Of a stretch of 62,881 nt of DNA, positions 11,324 to 25,200 are shown piece by piece. The stretch is from positions 1-62,881 of the forward strand of contig JALJEE010001958.1 in the NCBI GenBank assembly GCA_023231475.1, in the 5' to 3' direction. This DNA is from Seison nebaliae. Its lineage: Eukaryota. Position 1 is the stretch's first letter. Every line of letters starts with the position of its first letter. The position numbers and the translations under genes are program-made. The notes beneath the pieces are model-generated. The model was given only the letters and a program-made list of their open reading frames with translations. It did not search any database and had not been told where the DNA came from.

Positions 11324-13215
11324 ATGTATAATGGAACAACGAACATTTTTAATTGGAAATTGATAATTATACTTATTTTTTCCTTATCGTTAATTAACGC
11401 CGCCAATAATCGGAGTTGTCATAAATGTTTGAGAAGAGTTAAACGAACAGTGAAAGAATCAGCAGTCAATCACTATCTTAGTCGATTACCCATTGTAAAA
11501 TATAATGGTTCGAGCGGTCCAGACACTGGTGAATATCCACATGATATCATCTCCGTTAAGCTACGACGTCGAGGTTTGGTCGTATTGCATGTAATCGGGT
11601 TATTCTACATGTTCATCGCACTCGCTATGGTTTGCGATGAATTTTTCGTTCCGTCCTTAGATGTCATTTGTGAGACATTAGTCATATCAGACGATGTGGC
11701 AGGTAACTTTATATTTAAATCATTGACATAATTAAATTTTCTGTATTTAGGTGCAACGTTCATGGCAGCCGGTGGTAGTGCGCCTGAATTATTCACATCA
11801 TTTATTGGAACGTTTGTCGCCAGATCTAATGTGGGTGTAGGAACGTTAATAATTTTTTATTTAAATTTTTTCTGCGACCTTTCTCTTTCAATAGTATTGT
11901 CGGTTCGGCTGTATTTAATATCTTATTCGTTATTGGTACATGTGCTATGGTGTCGAAAGAAATCTTACAATTGACATGGTGGCCCTTAGCCAGAGATTGC
12001 TTCTTCTATTCATTAGATTTAATTCTTCTTATCATATTCTTTACGGACGAACGAATCGACTGGTATGAATCGACCATTCTATTCTTGATGTATCTGGTTT
12101 ATGTGAGTTTCATGGCAAAGAATGACCAAATTGGCACAATAGTTCGTTCATGTTACGAGGGAAATAACAAAGTAGCGAATGTAGAAGAAGAAGCTGAAGA
12201 AGATAGAAATGCGACAAGATATTTAGGAATACAATTAGATACCGATAAACTCGAATCATCACCATCAAAACATGCAGCCACTGAATATTTAGGTGCGACG
12301 ATTACTCAAATTCAAATTCCTAAACTTCCTATCCCATTACGTGAGATCGAAGAATTAGAGTTGGTGGTTGATCCGCCGCCACCACCACCAGATCTTTCCC
12401 GAGTATCAGTCGATTCATCAGATCTCGCATTTCGTACCGATGCGGCCTATAGTGGAATACAGAAGGAGCGTTTTAAAAGTTCCACAAATGCTTCTCTGAT
12501 GGAGACGGATGAAGAAGAGAATGAACCATTAGATTTGACATGGCCGGATACGTTTTTCGAACGAGTCAATTATATTTTACTTGCTCCGATTATGTATCTG
12601 CTGTGGTTAACTTTACCTGATATGCGAATACCAGGAAAACAGAAATATTATTTCATTACATTCTTAGGTTCCATCATATGGATTGGTTTATATACTTATT
12701 TTATGGTATGGTGGGCGAATCAGGTTAGAATAACTTAAACTTTATTAATTGAATAAAAATAATAATGACAATAATTGTCAATTCGTACCTTATAGATTGG
12801 GGAAACAGTTCACGTTCCATCGTCTATTATGGGCTTGGTTGTATTGGCGGCAGGTACCAGTGTACCTGATTTGATTACATCAGTATTGGTCGCCAGAAAA
12901 GGTTTAGGTGACATGGCTGTATCATCATCGATCGGTTCGAATATTTTTGATGTGACAGTTGGATTGCCCATACCATGGATAATATTCGCTCTCGTCTACA
13001 ATGGACGAGCTGTCAACGTTGAGAGCGAAGGAATGTTTTGTGCGATGATATTATTATTTGCTATGTTAGTGGCCGTTATTACAACGATATCCTGTTCGAA
13101 CTGGAAGATGAAACGGTCGTTCGGAGTGACAATGTTTTGTTTATATTTCATATTTCTTTCATTTTCCTTATTGCTGGAGTATTCAATTATCCCATGTCCA
13201 ACCATTAAAATGTGA
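11324..13215 (+). CDS. SLC24A: K+-dependent Na+/Ca2+ exchanger (SLC24/NCKX family), 4 exons
   Basis: Signal peptide, alpha-1 repeat [20 protein letters not shown] and alpha-2 repeat [13 protein letters not shown]...[15 protein letters not shown]. Introns 11703-11750, 11845-11894 and 12724-12795. Confidence 0.95.
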
Positions 13216-13223
13216 ATTATCGC

Positions 13224-14711
13224 TTAAATTACTGATTTCTTTGTGCATAAAAAAATATTCTTGAAATTCTCAAAAACTTCTTTTCTCGCTTTCACGAAAT
13301 TTCTTCCGAGAAATGAGTATAATAAAAAATTTACAGACGAATTAATTACAGTTGCCGTCGTATTGATTGCGATTGTTAAACGATAATCGGCAACCATTCT
13401 TTCATAACTCACATCGAATCTTCTATCGACTAACAGATATTTTAAGTTTAAATAAAATTTCGGTATACTACTCACCAGCAACAACACAACGATTAAGACT
13501 AGTGTCAAAGTGATTTTACTTTCACTTCGACGTTGTTTCACTGCACTACTGGTGAGATCGATGTTGTTCTTCACATTGTTTGTAGATTGTTGTAATTTTT
13601 TGGAAGTTTTAAATCTGTCAATTGTCAATTTCTTTTTCGTCTTTAAAATTTTCGTTAATATTTTTACCAACATCGAATTGAGAATTAATAAGCAAATAAA
13701 AGGGATGAAAAATCCGATGAGCATATGAATGACGAAATAATATTTGTATCTGAATGCCACAAATTGATTTTCTTGTTTAATGAATTGATTGTGAAAGATG
13801 TTTGTAGAGTTTATTAATTCTGTATTGTTTTGAGTGGTAGCAATCATCGTTCTCAAATGATTTGCCAACAACAGAAAGAAACTGTTTATTTTTTTCTTCT
13901 TCTCTAACGAAATGACTTGATTATGAAAATGTGCAGAAGAAAATCGCTTCTTTACATAACTTAAATATTCATTCCTTGAAACGAATTGTTCATTGTTCCT
14001 CTTATAAGCTGTGTACAGATTAGATAATCGTTTAGCTAAACCACATTCAACGATGATATTATTCCATTTGCCAATACAGAAATTAGTTGTTTCATACGTC
14101 CCAATTTCACACGACCAGACGATGATGAGACTACAAAGAATTATGAGAAGGCAAATTAATTTTGTCTTCTGACCATGACAAAATCTACAAGAGAAATTTT
14201 TTGATTGTTTTAATGGTTGCGTCGGTGATAAAACGGTGGAAGCAATCTTTTCTTCAGGTTTATTTGACGGATTTTTAGAAATATGATAATCTACTTGGAG
14301 AGTTGATTGATCTCTAGAGAATCGTTGACGTAAAACTGTAACCGGTTTCCTTAGTGAGACTTGTTTGGTTTTATTGGAAGAAAAATGTGAAATTGTTATA
14401 TAACGGTCGAATGCCACAGCTACCGTAATAAACCGCATAGCTATCAACAAACTGTTCGTTAACGGAACTAGAAATTGTCGAATTGAGTTGTTCAATTTGA
14501 TTTGGCGAAGAAATGTATGTGGAATGAAGAGGAGAAGTACAATGATGTTTATCGATGATAATGACACCAGATATTGAAGACTTGAAGTTTTTGGCATACA
14601 TTTTCGACTGAAAATAAGTAACGATAAAATATTCCCACCAATTCCAATACAAATGAATATTGGACATACAATTTCATAGAGGACTCGTGATAAAATTTCT
14701 TCGAAAGTCAT
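13224..14711 (-). CDS. Rhodopsin-family GPCR, peptide (FMRFamide-receptor-like) type
   Basis: Seven hydrophobic segments, TM1 GIGGN, TM3 AFDRY, TM5 FFIPF..L..LN and TM7 NSSVNFLLY. Single 495-codon ORF. Confidence 0.85.
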   Translation of the reverse strand: MTFEEILSRVLYEIVCPIFICIGIGGNILSLLIFSRKCMPKTSSLQYLVSLSSINIIVLLLFIPHTFLRQIKLNNSIRQFLVPLTNSLLIAMRFITVAVAFDRYITISHFSSNKTKQVSLRKPVTVLRQRFSRDQSTLQVDYHISKNPSNKPEEKIASTVLSPTQPLKQSKNFSCRFCHGQKTKLICLLIILCSLIIVWSCEIGTYETTNFCIGKWNNIIVECGLAKRLSNLYTAYKRNNEQFVSRNEYLSYVKKRFSSAHFHNQVISLEKKKKINSFFLLLANHLRTMIATTQNNTELINSTNIFHNQFIKQENQFVAFRYKYYFVIHMLIGFFIPFICLLILNSMLVKILTKILKTKKKLTIDRFKTSKKLQQSTNNVKNNIDLTSSAVKQRRSESKITLTLVLIVVLLLVSSIPKFYLNLKYLLVDRRFDVSYERMVADYRLTIAINTTATVINSSVNFLLYSFLGRNFVKARKEVFENFKNIFLCTKKSVI

Positions 14712-17700
14712 TTCTACAAATATCTTAAAACATATTCCGATAATATTGATAATTTTTTTGAAGTGAAGATATTATTCAGAAAAGATAGAATGAATGTTTT
14801 TCTAATAATAGATAAAGAAAAAATATATATCAGTTTTTCTCATTTCTAATGAGTATTAGTGATTAATTGAATAATCATAGAAAAAAGATGAATTCATCAT
14901 TTCCTTCACTTTTTCCAATAACTGTTCAGTTTTGACATTATTATACCATTAATCACAAATACCTACAATCGACAACATTTGTACATCGGTAAAGAGTGAT
15001 GTTATTGGATAGTTTATCATATTGCAAGATTAAAAGTAGAATAATATTAAAAATAGACAACAATTTTACTTTTATAAAATGCCATGAAAGTAAAAAATCA
15101 AAACTAAAAATATCCCGAAAATATATTGTCACGAAAATAATAAAATAATGGAAAATCTTTATTTCAATAACGGTAATTTAATATGTTAATAGACTTATCC
15201 CTCTTATACTTATTAGTTTATGAAACTTCAGTTTACGTATCTTACAATTTATAAAGTTTATTACGTTATGATAAACGAACTCCACATTCTCCTTCAAAAA
15301 CATCCATCAATTTTAATATTCTTAAAATATTATTGGAGTGTATTGGGAAATTTTTGATAGGATCTTATAAACAAATTTCCTAGGCGAATTTCCCTTTTAT
15401 TTAGTAGGTAAATAACTTTTGCATTAGACCGATGGGCCACTTTCCGATTCAGGAAATACATTTTCCTAACATGTTTAATCTCATTTCGGTAAAAAATGCG
15501 AATTTTTATTATTATCATTTCTTAAATTTTATTGACATTTTTTTGATTCATATCTATCAAATTCCAATATATTTCTTCAGTTTTTCGATTGACACATATT
15601 CAAATGAATGGAAAATAATTGTTAAAAGCATACGTTTCTGGATACTAAAAGCTAGTTTAGATTTATTTTTCTTGCTAAATCGACTCGAATAAAGAAGTTC
15701 ATACAATTCTATGATTAATTGTTTGTTTAGGATTTATTTATTCCGAAGGTTTCTAATGCATTTCTCTTTGAAATCTGTTGTCGCTGTCTATTTAGTATAT
15801 TGTCATGTTAAGCTCCTTAAGAGCACTCTCCTTTCATTATTGGAAAAGACAGTAAAGTTACGAAAAAATTCCTTTGGGAAGTATTCTTCTCGTCTGAAAT
15901 TTTTCGTCCAAGTAAACAAACAGATTACAGGCGAATAATAAAAAATGTATAGTACTAACGTATTCAGTTCAATAATAATGACATATCAATTCATAAAAGC
16001 TATTCCTAATCTAAAATTGACACATTTCAGTTCAACTATACCAATAAATCCACTTATACTATTTTCAAAAGAGAAGAGATATTTCACCCTAACTAATAAA
16101 AAAGATTAATGAATATTCACCAAACCTAAGAACAATTTACAGACAAAAATCCTAAATTAAAATTTTAATAATTTTTCTATTCAATCTAATAAATATTAAT
16201 AACCACTGACTGAAATGTTGCCGAAGGAAAAGCAGGAATAAAGGAGATCCATATATTCAGTACGATAACTCTCAATCATATGTTAGAAATTGATCAGGTT
16301 TTAGTGTGTTGTACGAAATAAGTGAGTCGTATAAATGAAATCGAATCGAAAGTAAGAATAATGAAGGATTATTATAACTCTGTGGAAATTTGAATACACT
16401 CTAAATAAGTAGCCTGGAAAATTTGAAGATTGTACTATGTATTAGGTCGCTAAAAAACTTCTCAATATCAGAATCTTCTATAGATAATCCATGATACACC
16501 TGGACAAGTGAGTTGACCTGCGAGAAGTATTATAAACTAAACCTGTCAAATATTTATAATACAAAATGAGCAAAAAAGAACAATAAGAATTTCTAATGAG
16601 CAATTATGTCCATTCCTCGTCTACAACAATTGACAGTGATCAATACGGAAATTGATGAATTTATTGGGAACGATAAGTCATGTCAGATTAAGCATAACTT
16701 ATTAGTTGTTTATTAAGAATTTGGGAAACAAAATAATAACCTTATTTTACTATTGCCTATACACCCGAAAGGATATATAATTTATGCAAAAAATCCACTT
16801 TAATTTTCACCAAATAATGCAGATTAATTAGGTTCCTTATCAATAAACAAAAAAAATAAATATATACTAAATCCCATCCTGACAAGTTCCGACAGATAAA
16901 TATTAAGATTGCAGCAACTAATTGTTGATTTTATCCATCCTTGGTTACAGAATACAAAGAGGTAAAATCAAATTTTAGAGGTTCATCTAAAAAAATAAGT
17001 AAATAGTCCCAAGTGTCCACGTACTTATTATGTCTATAACAATCCTTTTAATTATGCATCAAACTCAAATTATTCAAGCGGTGCAGAAATGTTTAGAATG
17101 TTACATATTCAATCAGAACATATGAAATAAAATTCCTATTTACAATGTTAAATATATTTACTTATACTTCACATATATATATTCAATAATTTTTCATTTC
17201 AAAATTAAAATTTTTGTCATTAAATCTTTTCCGACATGTCTCTATTAGAAAGAATGAAATAAACTTGCTCAACTAGGAAAAAATAATATAGATATAATAA
17301 TAATCTTTATCTTCTCCTCGATACTTAAAAATCAAGTATGTCTAGGAGAATATGAATAATAGTATAATGTGGAGGATTAAAATTAATTAGCAAATTCTCA
17401 TAAAACAAGAGAGTAACGAGAGTGGATAAATGATTTACGAAACAAAAATGTCCCATGAGATAATATGAAAGAATCATCATTTCTTATAATTCCTTCAAGA
17501 TAATTTACGGAAATGATGTAGTTAACTATTACTTGTTAATTGTTCTTCGTTTTGACCCTTGGCTTCTTACAATTATCGGGCACTAACTATTTCTTTGGAA
17601 TTATAAACATCTCTATTGACAAAAAATAATTATTCAAAATGCAAATACAATTCTTAATGGACATATATACATACTATATACATATATAAAACTAAACCAT

Positions 17701-19239
17701 AAGAATCCTTAAACAAAATTCTTAAAAATAAATAAAAAATATTAATCAATTTTTTTTGAAAGTTGGGGGTCATTCTTTAGCTAATTATTACCATAAGTGA
17801 CGCACATTAATCTTAATATCTTATTTGCTTCTCCCGTTGAATCATTTTAGCTATTCTTCCTCTTTATTACACATTAATTCAAATATTCATAGAGAAAATA
17901 TTACACAATTTCTTGTTAAACTTTATGGTTTAAATTGAAAAACTTATCAAAATAAAACGCTAAATTGAAATAATTAAAAAAGTAATATTATGTTTTATTC
18001 ATGTTACTTAAACTACTAACATACTAACTATCAGACTTTGTAATTTGATGCTCGACTGAAGAAAAATAGAGAAAAACATCATAAAAATATGAAATAATTA
18101 ATTATTAGGATCGAGAATGAAAGACATTCAATTTATATTAATCTTGGGTAACATAAGACATGAAAAACATTCCGTAATCAAATAAGATGTTTCTAACTAA
18201 CATAAATGATCCAAAAGAGAATGGAGATATTCAGTAGAACATTGTTAGGAAAAAACGATATTTGTTGCACAGAATATGTTCAGGATGGATGTCGAATGAA
18301 TAATATTAATATGACGGATGGTACGATGGTATGATATGGTTTACATCGGCGATGAATGTTAAGATGGTAATGTAGGTCTGGTAATGAAAAGATGGAAATG
18401 AAATAGAGTTAAATAATTTGCTTAAATCTTTCTTCCTTTATATCTCGTCAGTAAGGGTAAAGATATAAGAGATAACAGAGGAATATAGTTAGGCAAGCAC
18501 AAGAACATAAATAGGATAGTAGTCCAGAAGGATTCAATAAAGAAGTGATAGTTCAGTTTACTGAAACAGCCCACACCCCATTAATAAACCTATTTGTGTT
18601 GTTTTATGGGAATTAACTTATCCTACAAATTATTTCGTTTAAAACAATTCTGATAATGAGAATAGTGACATATTATGTAATTGCTGTTGTACATCTGTTA
18701 ATGAATTTCCATTGATCTTTCGATGACAGCCAGGTATTGAACGATGTACATACATATATTCTTCTCAACTAGATGGTCTTGTTCTCTACTTCAATCTTAC
18801 AACATTTTTACGTAATATTAATGATTTCTACTGAACGAATAATGGACAATGTAGGAGGAGTATAATAAAGTAGTCGTTGTAAATTTTTCTTTTGTTTATT
18901 ATTTTCCCGTAAATTAACACTTATTATAGCGTATGACTGATAAATAAAGTTTTCATTCTTGAACTTTTGATGAGTTTCATACTTCCATAAACACTCACTG
19001 AACTAACTGCACAAAATAAATTGGACTACTTAAAATAATTTATTGGAACTCGACTATTTAAGGAAGTAAGAGGGGAAGGAATTGGAATGATGAAAGAAAG
19101 AAATTATCGATGATAATTCATTTATTCTTTGTTGTGTCAAAAAAGGAGAAGTAACGAGCCATGCCTTAAGTTACATAAAAAGAAAAATTAATATACGAAA
19201 ATCAAAGTTTTCCTTTGGTCGTCTGTATCAATTTTTTTA

Positions 19240-22200
19240 CTAGGATGTCTCATGCAGTCGGCGAATTCTCTGTTTTACCATTTCCCTTCGTTCTTCTCCA
19301 TTTAAACTGCACTTGGCAAAACTGAGAAATACCTGTTCTAATGATGTTTGACATAACGTGAATTCATCGAGCAGAAGGAAAATAGGAAATTCTGAAGGAA
19401 ACTGACTCACATTATCCATTTCTTTCAGTTGCTCATTCTCTTTCATTTTCATGTTTAATCGTCGAAATACTTCCGATATTGTGATGTTTTGATAATTCGG
19501 ATGATTCATGTCACCTATTTTCAGTAGGAATTGTAAACGAAGATGATTAATCTCTTTCAGTTCACAATACCGTTCTCCGCCTAATAGTGTGATTATTTCA
19601 CGAGCGAGTTCATTCATCGAATTCATGAACATGCTACTTTTCGTTGTTGCTCCCGATTTTCGTCGTCTCGGGTACTGTAGAAAAATGGATCTCTCTGTCC
19701 ACGAATCTCCCAAATCGCGAAGACCACTGAATTTCCTCATTAACCCGAGATAGCGACTTCGGCTTAGTAATTTTATGTTGAGCAAATAACCATCACCGAA
19801 TTTCGATTTTAATTCTTGGACAGTTCCTAAACAACGGAACATTCCATTGACCATGATGCACAATCGGGTGCACAATGCTTCGCATTCCTCCATCGAATGA
19901 GAAGTTAAAACTATAGAACTGAATATATGGAAATGTGAAGAATTCGTTAAACTCAACTAACATATCAGTTGTTTGACGAATAAACTTGACCACATCCCAC
20001 AAAAATCTTCTCGCCCCGACATCCATCCCACTGGTCGGTTCATCTAATAAGATCACTGCTGGATTTCCTATCAATGTGATGGCCGTACATAATTTTCTTT
20101 TATTGCCCATACTATATTTGCATGTGGTAATTTTAGCATAATTTTCTAAATTCATAATTCGTATCAAATAACTGGTAATTGCGTTACTTACAGACCATTT
20201 CAGGCCTCGAATGCGACAATAAAATAATAAATGTTCTTCTCCCGTTAAATCATCGAATAAGGTGTCAATTTGTGAACAATAACCGATATGCTTTCTCGCC
20301 TTTATTGAAAAATGAGATGATTAAGAAATCATTATAATACTAAATTACTAATCACCTCAACATGATTCTTGATGATACTATGACCTTTGATATACACATC
20401 ACCTAAAGATGGTAATGTTTCTCCTATAATCATTTTGAAAGTGGTCGATTTTCCTGCACCATTTACTCCCAATAATCCGAAACATTCAGACTTTTGAATG
20501 CCCAAAGTCAATGGATAGACGGCTATCAGAAATAAATAATAAAATAATAATAATATGAAAGAAAAAGAAACCAATGAAATTCCCTTTAAATACTTTCGTT
20601 ACGTTGTCTAGAACTACAACATAATGAGGATTAGAAGAAACGGACTGATCATTGCCTGATGCACGATTATCCAAATAATCCTGTACTTTCTTCTTTTCAT
20701 TCTGAACGTCTAAATCATCAGTCCAAATGATCTTCTCTTTATACTGATCCATATTCTCCATATTCTCGAAAGTCGACAAAGAGAAATGATCACTTTTTAA
20801 TGATAATTTTACATGTTCGATATTCGGATCATCCAGGTGTCGTAAGAAAACTTCTTCTTTCTTCTCTAACGAAAATACCATTTGAATATTCCTCAATATT
20901 CGGTAATGAAAGATTTTGCTCAATCTCGATCTAATCTTCATCATTAGAGAAGATTGTAGAAGGAGTAACAATCCCGTATAGAAGACAGCATGTGCAAGAA
21001 ATGTTAAATATCCTCGTGTAACACCAGGTTTGTACCATTCGAAATATGAGTCAGTATAACGTAGACACCGATATTTACAAGTCTTTCGACAACATGGTGA
21101 CTGTCGAGAGAGTAAAGGAATTTCACAAAACCTTCTCATCTCGTCTTTCTCACACACAGCTTTTATTCGGAAGTTCGAATACTGGTCTGCTATACTACAA
21201 ATGAAAGAATAACTGATAAAGATTCCACGAAATGCATCATCTATCGTATCGCTCAATTCTATATAGCAGAACAGAGAAAGACGTTTCTTCAACAATGAAA
21301 CTTTAAAGAAAAACTTTTCATTTTGAGTTTGGAATTTTGAAGAATCATTGTCAGAACCCACAAGATGAGACTAGTGGCGAAATTGAAGAAGAATGTAAAG
21401 GCGAAAGCGGCGGATGGCGATCGAAACAATCGAGCCACTAAATGTAGAAGTGGGATAGTTGCAACAAAATAGAAATTGCAATTCAACCAAAATATTAATG
21501 ATCTTATACCCATGAATGCTGGAATTGGAAAGATAATAAATAACATTAGAAATAAAATGAACCTTCCATTCTCGTCGCATAAAAGGTAATCAAGACGAAT
21601 ATTGAAGTAATATTCAGGAAGAACATGTCGTAAATGAAGAAAGCGGAGAAATAAACAAGAGATGACACTCCCATTATATTTTGAATAGTTTTAGTTTGAC
21701 TCTCCTTTAACTCTCTTACCACTGGCATAATGGACATTGCGGTGACGATAGTGTAACCGAAGAGAATGCAACTATTAATAACACTTGCCTCCGTCCTTAA
21801 CAATTTCCTATTCTGCAGAAAAAATTACAATAGATGAAGTTAATTACTGAACTTGAATGATGTGTTTCTTCGTCTTCGGTAACGGATGTAGACTAGTCCG
21901 AATAAAGACATCCGATCTATTTGCAAGATATCGACTAACTGCTTCATAGAACATGGCTACTGTTGTCGGGGCTGAATGATAAGCGAGATTATTGTATCCA
22001 AGAATAGCTGTAAGATTAGTCATGTTTGTATTCCTTTCAGCATATAATAAATCAGCGCCAATTATATGTTGGTAATGAAGAGACACTAAAGAATATTGAT
22101 GACCGATGCATAAGAGATAGACATCAATTTCTCCAAAAGTTAAATTATGACAAATATTCTTATATGAATCCTTATTCTTTTGGTGGATGTAATTGGAGGA

Positions 22201-25200
22201 ATTGCAAAAATTAAATGGGCAATAAATTTCACGTACACTCACTCGCTCACCGTTATCTTCGATCATGCTCATGTACGTTTGGGTGAATAACGGATCTACG
22301 TATTGAGTAGCATCGTATGGTACTGTCATGTAATGTCGGAGTATATTATGGAATACTTTACTCTCAGTTGGTTCCTTCAAATAATTTTTTATATCAAATT
22401 TCCTTTCAGTCGTTCCCTCAACTTCAAATGAGAGACAATGAGAACATCAGATAGAAGAATTAAGAAAAAACTATTTAGACGTTGAATGATGAATGTTGCC
22501 AAAATGACAAAGATCGGCACACATAATAATCGTCCAATAGTCATGAAAATGTGTCGACGAGAAATCGTAAATAATTTAACGAGTAAAGCATATAATTGCA
22601 ACAACGTTAATTGGAAACCAATAACATAATTTTTTGAATCAACTTGCATTCTTCTTAACTTATAATTTTGCTTCGAATTACCAAATGTAGAACTTTCTCC
22701 TGTTTCCCACATTGTCTCTGTCTTATTCGACGGACTGTTATAATTTGACGTTACTGTACTTTCAGGTGGAATTTTTTCATATCTTAAATACAAATTATTC
22801 GAATTATTATTATTATTCTCATAAGAATCTCTAGTTGCAATTAGATTGAACTTATGATCTCTTATATCATTTACTTCATCATTTCTCTCTCGAGAATATT
22901 GTGGTAGATTGTGGAAATTCGATAAATAACTGTAACCAAAAAATAATTGTTGTAATATTTTTCGACGATTTTCGCGTGATCTGTTTGAGAAAAAAGAAAT
23001 GATTTTGTTGTCATCCCATTCTATACCTAAAAAGTTACAATACATATGACAACATTCCATATTGAATCGGAAGGCATCGAAAGTGTCGTTGAGAGGAATG
23101 TGTTTTTGATTAATTTCATCCAAATCGATATCAATAATGTTGGCACATCTGTTCAGGAATAAGAAGAATTCATAAGTAAATTCGTCGTTATCCATGTTGG
23201 CAAATGGCAAATTGGATGGTTGTCGGTACGAAGTGGCATTCTTGTTGAAGTTGGGATAAATTTCTGAATTTGGTGTAACATTTGGAATCTGATTCGATTG
23301 AGAGAATGGAGTTTGAGGAAATAAACTTTCTGAACTATGATGATTTCTTATTCGTTTCATCAAATTACAAATTGCGCTTTCGTGCATTTCCGCAATTTTC
23401 AAGAAAATTTCCTCTAATGTCTTAACGGTAAGTCCATAATTGAGAATTCCTAAATTTTCTGCTTCATCGTCCAACTGTTTGAGAAGGACATTAAATGTAT
23501 TGACGGAAGAGTTGGGCAGGACGACAGATAATTCCTGATGTTGTTCTGAATAATATTTATCGGCTGTGGTATTTGCCACTCGGATATCTTCCTCTAATTT
23601 ATCACGAATGAATTTGATGATTTTCCTGACATCGGAATTTGCACGAACTGACATAATTAAATGGTAACCAATAGCTACAAAGTGGAATGAAAATAAATTG
23701 TTGAACTTTAATTACATTTTTGGAAAAATAACCATATTTTTGTTTTAGAAATAATAAAGATCCATAGCACACCAATTTGCCTTGGGTCAATATGGCGATT
23801 CTATCACCAACAATTTCTGCTTCATCCATATAATGAGTTGTCAGGACAAGACAACGACCTCTCTCCTTCTCTTTCAAATAAAGTTGCCAACTACTTTTTC
23901 TTGCTTCCGGATCCATTCCAGATGAAGGTTCGTCCAAAATGATACATGGAGAATTGCCCGACATCGCAATTGCTACACATAACTTCCTCTTTTGTCCACC
24001 CGATAACTGATGAACATATGAGTGATACTTCGATGACATATCCAAATTATTCAGTAGATAATTGATTTGATGTTTATCGTTTTCGAAGAAATCATTTCTC
24101 GTCAAGAAACCTCTTTTCGTCAATTGTGATTCCTGCAAATGTTTTAAGGAGAGGAAGAGATTGAGATGCTCGATCACCGTCAAATTATGGAACAAGATAT
24201 TATACTGCGGACATAAACTAATCATTGTATGAGCAAAATGATCATTAATTGTTGCACGTAGACCATTTATATAAATTTCACCACCGCTCGATTCCAAACT
24301 ACCTGTTACAAGAGAAAAAGATTAAATTCTTCAATAATGTTTGATAAAACTTTTTGGAGTTTGTTAAACTTATTTTACAATTTATATTATTAGTAATTAT
24401 TATTTTTAATGAAAATATTATATGCTTAAGCATAATTATTTGGAAGGGAAGAAGAACCTGTTAATATTGACACTAATGTTGATTTGCCTGCTCCATTATG
24501 TCCAAGAATTACACTTATCTCATCAAACATCATCTGAATATTTAAATTGTCTAATGCTACTGTCCCATTCGGATACACCTTCCTTAAATTCCTCACACAA
24601 ATCCCAATTTCTAAATTGGCCGGCAATTCCTCAACCAACTCCTCAAAGTCACTATTTCTAATGAAATCATTCTTCTCTCTTGATAATTCATTAGCATGCC
24701 ATTTAAATGGATAAAGATAATGTTTGGCAACTCCATATTTCCCAGGCCATATATTCATCAAATATACAGTAATTAAGACGTAGGGCATATTACTCAGGCA
24801 TAGCATTATCATAACGTAACCGATGGCTATGGAATTGTCGGCGGAAACTTCTTGGAAGATATTGTCCCATTTCATTTTAACGTTATTAATGTCATAACTC
24901 GAAAAGATTTTGCACGAAATACCCAACGCAAGATTTGGCACGAGACATGCCAAGACCTTATTGAAATAGGAGATTGAATCGTAACTCATGGTAATGTTGA
25001 AGAAGGGCAAATAAGAAGTTAACCAAATAAATGTTGTACCGACAGCAGCAGAAGTGCTTCGATGGAAGATTGCTCCACAAGCACAAGCGAATGAGATGGA
25101 TGAAATCGAATAGCAAATGTAGAACATTAGAATTATAGGAAAAGGTGCGTTCGATAACATCAACTTCTTAAAAGGGCCATTATATACTTTAATGGGTATT

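Noticed and set aside
17575..17620. ATCGGG(G)CACTAAC motif shared with 43460-43473
   Set aside because: Too short, and the flanks are too weakly similar, to call a dispersed repeat without an alignment.
14800..19200. 4.4-kb gene-free gap as a possible transposon
   Set aside because: No transposase, RT or integrase motifs, TIRs or LTRs could be recognised. The short ORFs look compositional.
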